This document shows, piece by piece, positions 1 through 8,869 of a DNA stretch of 64,000 bases. This DNA is from a bacterium (GTDB taxonomy: Bacteria; B130-G9). The stretch covers positions 321 to 64,320 of the forward strand of contig DATLAJ010000108.1 of NCBI GenBank assembly GCA_035527515.1. The letters run 5' to 3'. Numbering within the stretch: the first letter of the stretch is position 1; each line of letters starts with the position of its first letter. Position numbers and translations under genes: made by a program. The notes below the pieces were generated by a model that worked only from the letters and a program-made list of their open reading frames with translations, was not told the origin of the DNA and ran no database searches.

Positions 1-9
1 GAGAGTGAG

Positions 10-1368
10 ATGGATATCGACATCAAGCTGTTGCAGTTTGACTGCCAAAACGCCCTGGCGGATGTGGTCGGCAGTCTCAATGGTATCGAGCGTGAAGAGC
101 TGGATGAGTTTGCGAAAAAAAGAGGAAACAAGGCAGCACGTGCCATAATGAACAGGCGTGTGGACCTGAAGCTGGCATTTGCTGACGCCGTGCATGATCA
201 CGAGAGCATCGGAGCAGCCAAGTCCCTTGCCAAGCGGCTCGCGGGAAGGTTCGACAACCTCGTGATTATCGGCATCGGCGGCTCCGCTCTGGGCAACACT
301 ATGCTCCACTCGGCCCTGCTTGATCCCCTGCACAACTTGAAGACAACCGAGCAGCGAAATGGCAGTCCCAGGTGGTTTGTGCTCGACAACGTCGATCCTG
401 ATTGGACATCCGCGCTTCTCGAGACGCTAGACCTGTCAAAGACGCTCTTCGTCGTAACAAGCAAGTCGGGCACGACGCCTGAGGCCATAGCGAACTTCGC
501 CATCGCCTACGGGCGACTTCGCGGCGCGGTCGCTCAATCCGACGTCGCATCACACGTCGTAGCCATCACCGACCCTGAGAATGGCTTCCTGCGGCGGCTG
601 GCCAAAGACGAGGGTTTCAAAACACTCGCCATTCCGCCCAAACTCGGCGGCAGATTCTCCGTGCTATCGCCGGTCGGCCTCTTCCCCGCTGCGCTATGCG
701 GTATCGGCGTTGAATCGCTCTTGATGGGAGCTCGTCGGATGCTGGAAGGCTGCTACGACCGAGGCGTAGTAACCGACAGCCCTGCCTATCTCGCCGCCCT
801 GGTCTATTACCTGGCGGACACGACCAAGGGCAAGCACATCAACGTCCTATTCCCCTATAGCTCGCGGCTGGCTGCGTTCTCGGACTGGTTCGTCCAGCTT
901 TGGGCGGAGAGCCTTGGCAAAGCCGCAAATCGCGATGGCATGACGGTCAATGCCGGTCAGACACCGCTTGGCGCCATCGGCGCCACGGACCAGCACTCGC
1001 AGAATCAGCTCTTCATGGAAGGACCCGCCGACAAGATAATAACGTTCGTTGACGTCGAGCGGTTCAAACAGGACTGCACCATCCCTGACGACTTTCAGAA
1101 TGACCCACAAGTGGGCTACCTTGCCGGCCACTCGCTCGCCAAACTGCTCAGCGCAGAGAAAAAGGGCACTGAACTTGCGCTCAAAGAACGCAAGAGACCA
1201 ACGTGCTCGATCAAGCTCCCCGTTGTGGATGAGGCCACCGTGGGGCAGCTCATCATGATGTTCGAGATGGCGACCGCCTTCGCCGGCGAGCTCTACAACA
1301 TCAACGCCTTCGACCAGCCCGGAGTGGAATTGGGCAAGAAGATCGCCAAAGACCGCCTGCGCCGTTAA
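10..1368 (+). CDS. pgi: Glucose-6-phosphate isomerase (short PGI type)
   Basis: 452-aa ORF. SIS-domain motifs 'LVIIGIGGSALGN' and 'FVVTSKSGTTPE', and C-terminal 'NINAFDQPGVELGKK', as in phosphoglucose isomerases. Confidence 0.9.
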   Translation: MDIDIKLLQFDCQNALADVVGSLNGIEREELDEFAKKRGNKAARAIMNRRVDLKLAFADAVHDHESIGAAKSLAKRLAGRFDNLVIIGIGGSALGNTMLHSALLDPLHNLKTTEQRNGSPRWFVLDNVDPDWTSALLETLDLSKTLFVVTSKSGTTPEAIANFAIAYGRLRGAVAQSDVASHVVAITDPENGFLRRLAKDEGFKTLAIPPKLGGRFSVLSPVGLFPAALCGIGVESLLMGARRMLEGCYDRGVVTDSPAYLAALVYYLADTTKGKHINVLFPYSSRLAAFSDWFVQLWAESLGKAANRDGMTVNAGQTPLGAIGATDQHSQNQLFMEGPADKIITFVDVERFKQDCTIPDDFQNDPQVGYLAGHSLAKLLSAEKKGTELALKERKRPTCSIKLPVVDEATVGQLIMMFEMATAFAGELYNINAFDQPGVELGKKIAKDRLRR

Positions 1369-1556
1369 AGCAAGGCACGGATGATCCTGGGCGGAACATA
1401 TGTGCCGGTTGGTAATGCGGTTTGCCTACACTTCTCTGGCTGGTGAGGATCAGATCAAACTGGCATCGAGAGCGTTCAGCACCTTCGGTACCGGGCGCGA
1501 GTCAGTCTTGGATAATGTGATTGAAACCGGCTCCTCACATCGTGAGATGGGGGAGC

Positions 1557-1748
1557 TTAATCGTTTTGCTCGGCTTCCTTTTTCTTTGACGGCGAGGCCG
1601 TGAAACTCTCTACTAGCACCTCCAGCTCAGGCGCTTTTACGCGAGAGTCGATTCTGACGCGTGCGCCGCCCGAACGCCCAGAGGATCCGGGGGATTCCCG
1701 ATCTTCATCTCTGGCCTTGGTGGGGTGACCTTTATCATCCTGAACCAT
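1557..1748 (-). CDS. Small hydrophilic hypothetical protein (63 aa)
   Basis: In-frame ATG at 1748 inside the listed 1557..1856 ORF. It is preceded on the minus strand by AGGAGG (1755-1760) with a 6-nt spacer and lies 14 nt after the stop of the 1763..2323 gene. Ser/Gly/Arg/Glu/Lys-rich; no family recognised. Confidence 0.3.
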   Translation of the reverse strand: MVQDDKGHPTKARDEDRESPGSSGRSGGARVRIDSRVKAPELEVLVESFTASPSKKKEAEQND

Positions 1749-1762
1749 ACCATTCCTCCTAA

Positions 1763-2323
1763 TCACAACCTGCTGTAAGACAGCGCATAACTGATTACTG
1801 CCACAAGCAGCATAACCAAACCAATCAACACCGACAAGTACCCCTTTCGCGCCCATTTGACTTTCTGCTCCAAGGCGGCACGGTTTCGAGCCGTTGCCTC
1901 GGCAAGACGGCGGCTCACGGAATACAGACTGTCCACATATGTGTTCTCGCGAAAGTGGTCAATCAACTTCGTAGGGGGCAAAGAGTAAGTCGTCTGGAAG
2001 GACAAAGCCTTCCAAAAAAAAGCCACAGCGGCAACCAGAACGAGAACGGACATAAGGCTTATCACCGCCGCTAGCCGGGCGAGACTGGACTGCACGGAGG
2101 GTACCGACCACATCCTGTCAGTGGCCCCTAGAGAGAAACCCAACAGCACGATGCCCGCGGCCATAAACGCAGCCATCTTAGTGTAGAGTCGCTGCCAACG
2201 CTCAAGCTCAGAATTGAATAATTCGCGCAGAAGCTGGTAGAGGCCTTCGAACTTCTTGACGAAGTGCTCGTCACTCTCATCCTGACCCGGATAGATGAAA
2301 CCGTCATCAGTCGCCATACTCAC
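1763..2323 (-). CDS. Hypothetical membrane protein with three predicted TM helices
   Basis: 186-aa ORF. Hydrophobic runs 'MAAFMAAGIVLLGFSLG', 'LAAVISLMSVLVLVAAVAFFW' and 'YLSVLIGLVMLLVAVISYAL' are separated by polar helical segments. No family recognised. Confidence 0.6.
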   Translation of the reverse strand: MSMATDDGFIYPGQDESDEHFVKKFEGLYQLLRELFNSELERWQRLYTKMAAFMAAGIVLLGFSLGATDRMWSVPSVQSSLARLAAVISLMSVLVLVAAVAFFWKALSFQTTYSLPPTKLIDHFRENTYVDSLYSVSRRLAEATARNRAALEQKVKWARKGYLSVLIGLVMLLVAVISYALSYSRL

Positions 2324-2375
2324 TCCCCAGACAAATCACCCATTGCGACCCAGAACGAATAAACACACCCTAACA

Positions 2376-2404
2376 AGACTAACGCTAAACAGTTCGCTTG
2401 TCAA
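2376..2404 (-). promoter_or_regulatory. Sigma-70-like promoter TTGACA-N17-TAGTCT upstream of the 3-TM protein gene
   Basis: On the minus strand: TTGACA (2404-2399), a 17-nt spacer, then TAGTCT (2381-2376), about 50 nt upstream of the ATG at 2323. Confidence 0.4.
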
Positions 2405-2505
2405 AAATTTGTGCTTCGGGCGGTGGGAAACACTCTTAGACTATACTGCCGCGACTCACCTGCCAGACGGTCTGAAGCCTGTACTTAGGCCTGGAATGAT
2501 GGCCC

Positions 2506-3897
2506 TCACTCATACGTGGTGTCGATGTCCACCAGCTCCGTCTTGATGAGCTCGGCGTTGACGAAGGTGTCGTCGTCAAGATAGACGTAGGCGAGCAGGC
2601 GGCCCTTGTCGTCGAACTTGAAGCGCTTGGACTCCCTTAAATAGACCTTCTTGCCCAGCGTGAGCCTCTCGAGCAGGGCGGTAACCTCCGCCTCCTTGCC
2701 CGCAATCGGCCGGTAGCCGATCAGGTGGACCTTCGTCTCGTCGTCGAGCTCCAGAAGCCACGGACCGAGGATGAGCTTCACCTTGCGGAGCTCCTCTTCG
2801 GGCACGTTGCCAGCCCGAACCCGCGAGCCGTAGGTCTTCTTTCGCGGATCGACCTTCCGGGTCATCTGGACCACGTCCTTGAATATGTAGGGCAGCGCCT
2901 TGATTCCATTTGTGATGTCAGACCTGCCCGACTTGTCGGACTTATCATCTTGCTCGATGAACTCGAATCTGACGTCACCGCCGAAAGTGGCCACATCCCG
3001 GGCGCCGGTCTTCTGCTCGATAAGCGGGCGGTAGTCAGCGTTGATCTCGTAGCCGATCGAGCTGCGGTCCTGATTCTTGGCCGCGAGAGTCGTGGTGCCG
3101 CTTCCCAGAAATGGGTCGAGCACCGTATCGCCGACGAAAGTGAACATCCGGATGAGTCGCTTTGGGAGCTCCTCGGGGAACGGCGCGATGTGCTCAAGCT
3201 CGGGCGCCCTGCCCCCTTTTGGCCTCATCTCGCGCCCCGACACTGCTGGCGATTCGTCCCCAAACGGCGATGAGCTCTTTAGTGTCGGTGGTGGCTTTTT
3301 CTTGCCCGCCGAGCCGCGCGATATTCGCTCGCCGGGGAAGTTCCAGTGCCCGTAGAAGCACTTGTTCCAGTCAGTTAGGCTGAGCTTCGAGGCTTTTCTC
3401 GCCTCGTCCGAGACCTCGGGCGGCTCGCCGAGTTTCTTGAAGATGAGTATGAACTCGTAATCCAGCTTGATGATCCCGTTCCGGGGGTAGGGATAAGAGC
3501 CCATGATCGAGGCGCCGCCAGTGGTGTTGCAGGTCGTTACTTTTTGCCAGATGATCGCGCCCATGTAGTCTAGCCCCAGCGCCTCGCACATCCTGACGAC
3601 CTCGGTGCGGATTGGGATGACCTTGTATCTGCCGTAGTATGCGGCACGGGCGAACTGGTCGCCGATGTTGATGCAGAGTCGGCAGCCCTTGTGCAGGACG
3701 CGCTCGCACTCCTTCCAGACGAGGTTGAGGTTGTTGATATAGTCCTCGTAGGTGTCATCGAAGCCGATCTGGCCCTTGACGCCGTAGTCCTTCAGCTGCC
3801 AGTACGGTGGCGAGGTGATGATAAGGTGGACCGACTCGTCGGCCAGCTCCGTCATCGAGCGGCTATCGCCGAAGACTATCTTGTGCGTCGTTGGCAT
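2506..3897 (-). CDS. Beta-class N4-cytosine/N6-adenine DNA methyltransferase with a C-terminal staphylococcal-nuclease-like (apparently inactive) domain
   Basis: 463-aa ORF. Motif IV 'IITSPPYW' (aa 27-34) comes before 'HIAPFPEELP' and motif I 'VLDPFLGSGTT' (aa 259-269), which is the beta-class permutation. SPPY instead of DPPY hints at m4C. The C-terminal ~100 aa ('VHLIGYRPIAGKEAE...GRLLAYVYLDDDTFVNAELIK') resemble the SNase OB fold. Confidence 0.85.
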   Translation of the reverse strand: MPTTHKIVFGDSRSMTELADESVHLIITSPPYWQLKDYGVKGQIGFDDTYEDYINNLNLVWKECERVLHKGCRLCINIGDQFARAAYYGRYKVIPIRTEVVRMCEALGLDYMGAIIWQKVTTCNTTGGASIMGSYPYPRNGIIKLDYEFILIFKKLGEPPEVSDEARKASKLSLTDWNKCFYGHWNFPGERISRGSAGKKKPPPTLKSSSPFGDESPAVSGREMRPKGGRAPELEHIAPFPEELPKRLIRMFTFVGDTVLDPFLGSGTTTLAAKNQDRSSIGYEINADYRPLIEQKTGARDVATFGGDVRFEFIEQDDKSDKSGRSDITNGIKALPYIFKDVVQMTRKVDPRKKTYGSRVRAGNVPEEELRKVKLILGPWLLELDDETKVHLIGYRPIAGKEAEVTALLERLTLGKKVYLRESKRFKFDDKGRLLAYVYLDDDTFVNAELIKTELVDIDTTYE

Positions 3898-3989
3898 TGG
3901 TTACAATCCCCTGTGTCCGATAGAAGCACCACGATTCTAGCATTCTGTAGATTCCAACCACGGCAGTCAACAGGAGACCCAGATAAGAT

Positions 3990-4019
3990 TTGGGATGTGG
4001 AAGCGGGATTTGCTACAAT
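3990..4019 (+). promoter_or_regulatory. Possible sigma-70-type promoter TTGGGA-N18-TACAAT for the OPT transporter gene
   Basis: TTGGGA at 3990-3995 and TACAAT at 4014-4019, about 45 nt upstream of the ATG at 4063. Confidence 0.3.
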
Positions 4020-4062
4020 GGCTTTTCTCTTATGATTCATTTTGAAGCCAAAGGACGGGGCG

Positions 4063-5964
4063 ATGCAAGAGGATAATGAGCATATAAATCAGGACGAGCA
4101 GGAGTTCAAGCCCTACGTTCCAGCCGAGCGCATAGTGCCTGAGATGACCGTCAGATCAATCGTCTTGGGCGTCGTGCTGGGGATAGTGTTCGGGGCAGCC
4201 AACGCGTATCTCGGCCTGAAGGTCGGCATGACCGTCAGCGCCTCGATCCCCGTGGCAGTCATCTCGATGGCGATATTGCGCGGCCTGATGCGAGGCGGGA
4301 CTGTGCTTGAGAACAACATGGTTCAGACGATCGGCTCGGCCGGCGAATCGCTTGCGGCCGGCGTCATCTTCACCATTCCGGCGATGATTCTGCTCGGTAT
4401 TGGCGATGTTGGCCTCCTGAAGATCATGGTTCTCGCGCTCTTGGGCGGGTGGCTCGGCGTGCTGTTCATGATCCCACTGAGGCGCTATCTGATCGTCTCT
4501 CAGCATAAGAAACTGCCGTATCCCGAGGGGACTGCGTGCGCCGAGGTGCTCGTTGCGGGCGACATGGGCGGCGCAAAGGCCAAGAAGGTCTTCTTTGGCG
4601 TGGCGTGGGGCGCCATCTTCAAGTTCCTAATGGACCCTCACGGCCTCGCCATCTGGAAGGAGACGCCGAGCTGGCGGCTCCCCCTCCCGCAGGGCGCACA
4701 GGTCAGTGTCGAGACGCTCCCATCGCTCTTGGGCGTCGGGTTCATAATTGGCCCGAAGATATCAGCCTACATGCTCTCCGGAGGCGTTCTGGGCTGGCTC
4801 GTCTTCATCCCCCTGTTCTACGCACTGGGCTCACGCATCAACGAGCCGCTCTTCCTCGCGAGCGTGCCCATCAGTCAAATGGAGCCAATAGATGTCTGGC
4901 ACAACTACATCAGATACATCGGTGCGGGCGCGGTCGCGGTCGGTGGGATAATGAGCCTCATCAGGGCGGTCCCGACCCTCGTCGAGTCCGTGAAGCTGGG
5001 ACTGAGCAAGGCCTACAAAACACTCGGAATCGCCGAGACCAAGCGGACTGACCGGGACCTCTCGCTCAAGCTCGTCGCAGCCGTCGCGGTAGCGATGGGT
5101 ATAGCGATCTGGCTTCTTCCGCAGGTTGACATCGGCCTTGTCGGGGGGTTCCTGACGGTCATCTTCAGCTTCTTCTTCGTTACGGTCTCCTCCAGAATCG
5201 TGGGCATACTAGGCAGCTCCTCGAATCCCGCATCTGGCATGACGATAGCAACACTCTTGGGAACTTCGGCCATCTTCGTCCTGTTCGGGATCGATGGCAC
5301 GGCGGGAATGGCCGCGGCTCTCAGCGTGGGCGCGGTCGTCTGCATCTCGATCTGCATAGCTGGGGACACGTCGCAGGACCTAAAGACGGGCTTTTTGGTT
5401 GGGGCAACGCCGCGGCTGCAACAGATAGGGGAATTCTTGGGCGTTCTGACGGCTGCACTGTTCGTCGGCGGCACCCTGTTCATCCTGCACGAGGGATACG
5501 TCATCGGCTCGGCCGCGCTCCCGGCGCCTCAGGCAACGCTGATGAAAATGGTCGTTCAGGGCGTTTTCCAGGGCAGAATGCCGTGGACATTGATCATGGT
5601 TGGGGCATTCACCGCACTGGTCGTCGAGCTCTTCGGCATCTCCTCGCTCCCCTTCGCGGTCGGCCTCTACCTACCGCTCGAACTCACAACGCCAATCATG
5701 ATGGGCGCCCTTGTCAAGAGCGCAGTGGAGAAGACCAGGAATGCCAAACGGCTCAAGGGGCGGGGAGAGAGCGGGATATTGTTCAGCTCGGGGCTGATAG
5801 CAGGTGGTGCCTTGGTTGGCATTGCCTTCGCACTCATCGCATACTCCGGCGTAAAGACGGGCTTTGGCGGAGGCAACTGGATGGGCCCCTGGGCAGATCC
5901 TGTCTCAATGGCTCTATTTGTCGGGCTGGCCGTAGTCCTCTACAAAGCCGCCCGATCAAGTTGA
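4063..5964 (+). CDS. OPT-family oligopeptide transporter
   Basis: About 633 aa, polytopic. N-terminal 'LGLKVGMTVSASIPVAVISMAILRG' and the overall length and TM density are typical of bacterial OPT transporters. I prefer the ATG at 4063 (AAGGA upstream) over the non-ATG ORF start at 4042. Confidence 0.8.
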   Translation: MQEDNEHINQDEQEFKPYVPAERIVPEMTVRSIVLGVVLGIVFGAANAYLGLKVGMTVSASIPVAVISMAILRGLMRGGTVLENNMVQTIGSAGESLAAGVIFTIPAMILLGIGDVGLLKIMVLALLGGWLGVLFMIPLRRYLIVSQHKKLPYPEGTACAEVLVAGDMGGAKAKKVFFGVAWGAIFKFLMDPHGLAIWKETPSWRLPLPQGAQVSVETLPSLLGVGFIIGPKISAYMLSGGVLGWLVFIPLFYALGSRINEPLFLASVPISQMEPIDVWHNYIRYIGAGAVAVGGIMSLIRAVPTLVESVKLGLSKAYKTLGIAETKRTDRDLSLKLVAAVAVAMGIAIWLLPQVDIGLVGGFLTVIFSFFFVTVSSRIVGILGSSSNPASGMTIATLLGTSAIFVLFGIDGTAGMAAALSVGAVVCISICIAGDTSQDLKTGFLVGATPRLQQIGEFLGVLTAALFVGGTLFILHEGYVIGSAALPAPQATLMKMVVQGVFQGRMPWTLIMVGAFTALVVELFGISSLPFAVGLYLPLELTTPIMMGALVKSAVEKTRNAKRLKGRGESGILFSSGLIAGGALVGIAFALIAYSGVKTGFGGGNWMGPWADPVSMALFVGLAVVLYKAARSS

Positions 5965-5994
5965 GCAGAAAAGCCCACACAAGCGACGGAGCCG

Positions 5995-6297
5995 CTACGT
6001 CTTGTCGTCATCTTTGCCGAGCGGCCGAACTTTGATCGAGCTTCCGGGCTTGGCAACGTCCGAGAACCAATCGGGCACGCTTGAGCCGTCCGCGTCCTGC
6101 TGCCTTGCGGCATCTGTCAACGCCATATAGAACTGCCGAGACATATCGGAGAGCTGGCCCAGAGCCCGACCTATACCCCGCGCAACCCCGGGCAGCCTCT
6201 TCGGCCCAACGAACAGCAGCGCTATCACAAAGACTAGCAGAAGCTCCGTCAACCCAATGCCAAACAAGATCTTTCTCCTCTCGATGGTCGGAAACAT
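5995..6297 (-). CDS. tatA: Twin-arginine translocase TatA/TatB-family protein
   Basis: 'FGIGLTELLLVFVIALLFVGPKRLPGVARGIGRALGQL' is the TatA/B TM helix, hinge and amphipathic helix signature. The start is placed at the internal ATG (6297). Confidence 0.8.
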   Translation of the reverse strand: MFPTIERRKILFGIGLTELLLVFVIALLFVGPKRLPGVARGIGRALGQLSDMSRQFYMALTDAARQQDADGSSVPDWFSDVAKPGSSIKVRPLGKDDDKT

Positions 6298-6390
6298 GCC
6301 ACCGGGTTGGGCTAAATGCAAGCCAGAAGTCCGCCCCCCAGAAAACGCTTTTTTACAGCGGCCTCTTGTTCCGAAGCGCGGAGCAGTGCG

Positions 6391-6981
6391 CTATTCCTTG
6401 AGGCGCGATATTTTCTTCTTCACCTGGTCAGTGAGGCTGTCCAGGAATGAGTGGGCTTGGTCTGATTCCATCGTTGAGAGCTTGTCTGCCAGCACGTCTG
6501 AGAAACCTTCCTGATTCTCTTTAGGGTTCGTGCCCTCCGGAGTGACCGCAGCCTGTGCTTCCAGGGGCAGCGCCGCCCCTATGTCAGCCAGCAGCGCAAC
6601 CGAATCTGCGCCTACCCCGACGATCAGTGTTCTTCCGAGCACCTCAACCACGGCGATGTATTTCCTATCTACGATGTGCGTAACGCACAGGACAGTTGCC
6701 ATCTTGCCAGCCCCAAACCGTCGTCCCTTCAGAAACTTTCCCATGAAAAACCCCAGTAGGATGATCAGCCCGATAATTACGATAAGGACTATGAACATGC
6801 GGACCGACATCTCAGTGAAGGATGGGGCCTCCTTCGGGGGCGAGGGCGAGGGCGAGGGGGATGCTAGCTCATCCAGCGCATTGCCGAGGTATTCTCCCTG
6901 AGCCCACAAAGGGACGGGGAGAACCGAGGCCAAAAGCACGCCCGCAATGAGAATGAAACCTAAGTATGCCTTTCCCCGCAT
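6391..6981 (-). CDS. fliO: Flagellar export apparatus protein FliO/FliZ-like
   Basis: Signal-like N-terminus, an 'SPSPSPSPP' linker and a TM helix, then 'IVDRKYIAVVEVLGRTLIVGVGADSVALLADI', which matches the conserved FliO C-terminal core. It lies directly downstream of fliN. Confidence 0.6.
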   Translation of the reverse strand: MRGKAYLGFILIAGVLLASVLPVPLWAQGEYLGNALDELASPSPSPSPPKEAPSFTEMSVRMFIVLIVIIGLIILLGFFMGKFLKGRRFGAGKMATVLCVTHIVDRKYIAVVEVLGRTLIVGVGADSVALLADIGAALPLEAQAAVTPEGTNPKENQEGFSDVLADKLSTMESDQAHSFLDSLTDQVKKKISRLKE

Positions 6982-7017
6982 CGATGCTCCCCAGCAGAAA
7001 GTCGGGATAGAAATATC

Positions 7018-7338
7018 CTACCCCTCGAAAGGATCAACTATCTCCGCAATACGCAGACCGTAGGTGTCCTCAATGACCGATACTTCCACTTTCCCAAACG
7101 GCGCTCCGTTTATATTGAGGTCAAAGCTCTCGTCGACCGGCCTGTTGATCTCCAAAACACTGCCAACACTCAATTCTAACAGTTCCCTCACAGTAATGGT
7201 TGTCCGGCCCATTACGACCGAAACTGTAACAGGGACATCCGAGAGGAAACCCATTGAGGTCTGCGCAGCCTTGTCCGGTTTTCTGCCTATGGGTTCTGAA
7301 ACGGACACAGTCTCAGATGAGTGCAGAATCTTAGCCAT
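7018..7338 (-). CDS. fliN: Flagellar motor switch protein FliN (SpoA domain)
   Basis: 106 aa. 'VPVTVSVVMGRTTITVRELLELSVGSVLEINRPVDESFDLNINGAPFGKVEVSVIEDTYGLRIAEIV' is a canonical FliN/YscQ SpoA domain. Confidence 0.85.
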   Translation of the reverse strand: MAKILHSSETVSVSEPIGRKPDKAAQTSMGFLSDVPVTVSVVMGRTTITVRELLELSVGSVLEINRPVDESFDLNINGAPFGKVEVSVIEDTYGLRIAEIVDPFEG

Positions 7339-7471
7339 TATTCCGCCTCCGCTTCTGGCTCAACCGGCGCCTCGAAGCAGCCCAAACGCGGTGCGAAGGA
7401 CGTGCTGCCAGCGGGGTCTCCAGGGCAATCGGCTCGACCACAACGGTGCTCGGTTCGGAGCTCGAAACCTC

Positions 7472-8020
7472 TCATAGAATCTGAAATTCGGTGAAGTAGA
7501 CAGATATAACAACATTAACAAGACCAGGCAACTCGTTCAGTGCTTTGTTGATGTCGTCCTTGAGCTTCATCTTCCCATGTTTGGTTGACAAGGACTTGGC
7601 GCTTTTGGAGGACAATATCGTCAGTATGGCATCTCTTATCTGCGGCTCTTTGCTCTTTAGAAGCGGCTCCTGCTCTGCAATGCCGTAGCCCAGCGCTAAC
7701 GTGATCTTGAGATATGACCCGCTGTCCGCTAGATTGACAATGAACGATTTCAGTTCGTAGGTGCTAACCACCGTGGAAGCCGCTGGTGTCAAAGGCGCCC
7801 CGGACTCTTGCGGCTTGCTGGGCACCGTCTTCGAGGCGCCGCCAGTGTCGCTCGATTCCACACCATAGAGAAAATACAGAACACCTGCGGCAACACCACC
7901 AAACACGACAACGGCGATCATAAGAAGGATAAGTATCTTGACAATCGAGACTTTCTTCTTCGTCTCGCCTCCGCCCTGCTGCGACCCTACGCCTTGCGCC
8001 TGTCCGTTACTTTCCGCCAC
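7472..8020 (-). CDS. fliL: Flagellar basal-body-associated protein FliL
   Basis: Single N-terminal TM helix, then 'YELKSFIVNLADSGSYLKITLALGY...QIRDAILTILSSKSAKSL...VYFTEFQIL', the FliL family pattern. GTG start. Confidence 0.8.
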   Translation of the reverse strand: MAESNGQAQGVGSQQGGGETKKKVSIVKILILLMIAVVVFGGVAAGVLYFLYGVESSDTGGASKTVPSKPQESGAPLTPAASTVVSTYELKSFIVNLADSGSYLKITLALGYGIAEQEPLLKSKEPQIRDAILTILSSKSAKSLSTKHGKMKLKDDINKALNELPGLVNVVISVYFTEFQIL

Positions 8021-8098
8021 GATAATCAGTCTCCATAGCTATTTGACAAGTTACAGGTCGAAGATACCAGAAAGTTTATCTCGACACAAATAAACTTC

Positions 8099-8869
8099 TC
8101 AATCCCTATCGCCTGCATTACTAAGATAAGATTCCATCAGCGCATACCAGAACGATTCGGCGTCAGGCGGGTCAACAACGAAGATGTCAACTCGCCGATT
8201 GGCCCTTCTGTCCCTGTCATTTCGCTCCTTGGGACGTACCGGATTGTACTCACCAAAAGCGCCGACACAAGCGCCTCGCGGTGTGAAGGTTTTTTCTTCT
8301 AAAATGGTCTTCAGGACGCTGGTCGCCCTGTATGCTGAGAGGTCCAGGTTCGAGTTGAATCTCTGACCAACGACTGCTGTGCTGTCGGTGTTGCCCTCTA
8401 CCCTCACTGTCTTGGCAAGCCTTGTTGCGATGCCCGCTATCTTGTGAAGCAAGGGCCGCGCCGCCGGCTTGACCGCTACGGAGGCTGTATCAAACAGGAC
8501 GTCCGCCGCAAGGGAGACCTTTATCCTTCGCCCTGCCCGAGTGACTTGAGCATCGTCATCGAGGTCCTCAGCCGAAATGAATCTCTTGATCTCGTCAACT
8601 GCGGCTCGTATCTCGTCCGGCCGTATCACCAGACCGGGGTTCTCCGGCGCACCGGCCGAGCCGCCGCCTATGCCCAAAGTCCCGAGATTGAGAGCAGCAA
8701 ACTCATCCTTAAGCGCCTTCATCGCCTGGTGCAGCTTCTCGCTGTCTGTTGATGACATTGAGAACAGGAGCACGAAAAACGTCAGAAGCAACGTCATCAT
8801 GTCTGAGAACGTCAGCATCCAACGCTGGTCAACGCCTCCGCCCTCAGCCGCCCGTTTCTTCCTCGCCAT
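8099..8869 (-). CDS. motB: Flagellar stator protein MotB (OmpA-like C-terminal domain), canonical Asp present
   Basis: 'RWMLTFSDMMTLLLTFFVLLFSMS' is the MotB plug/TM segment with the conserved Asp. The C-terminal 'VRVEGNTDS...NLDLSAYRATSVLKTIL...RRANRRVDIFV' is an OmpA/MotB peptidoglycan-binding domain. Confidence 0.8.
   Translation of the reverse strand: MARKKRAAEGGGVDQRWMLTFSDMMTLLLTFFVLLFSMSSTDSEKLHQAMKALKDEFAALNLGTLGIGGGSAGAPENPGLVIRPDEIRAAVDEIKRFISAEDLDDDAQVTRAGRRIKVSLAADVLFDTASVAVKPAARPLLHKIAGIATRLAKTVRVEGNTDSTAVVGQRFNSNLDLSAYRATSVLKTILEEKTFTPRGACVGAFGEYNPVRPKERNDRDRRANRRVDIFVVDPPDAESFWYALMESYLSNAGDRD

Noticed and set aside
1369-4041. A search for a restriction endonuclease or specificity subunit partnered with the methyltransferase.
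   Set aside because: Besides the methyltransferase, the only ORFs with coding character are the 3-TM protein and a 63-aa ORF. The remaining ORFs are antisense shadows of the methyltransferase gene.
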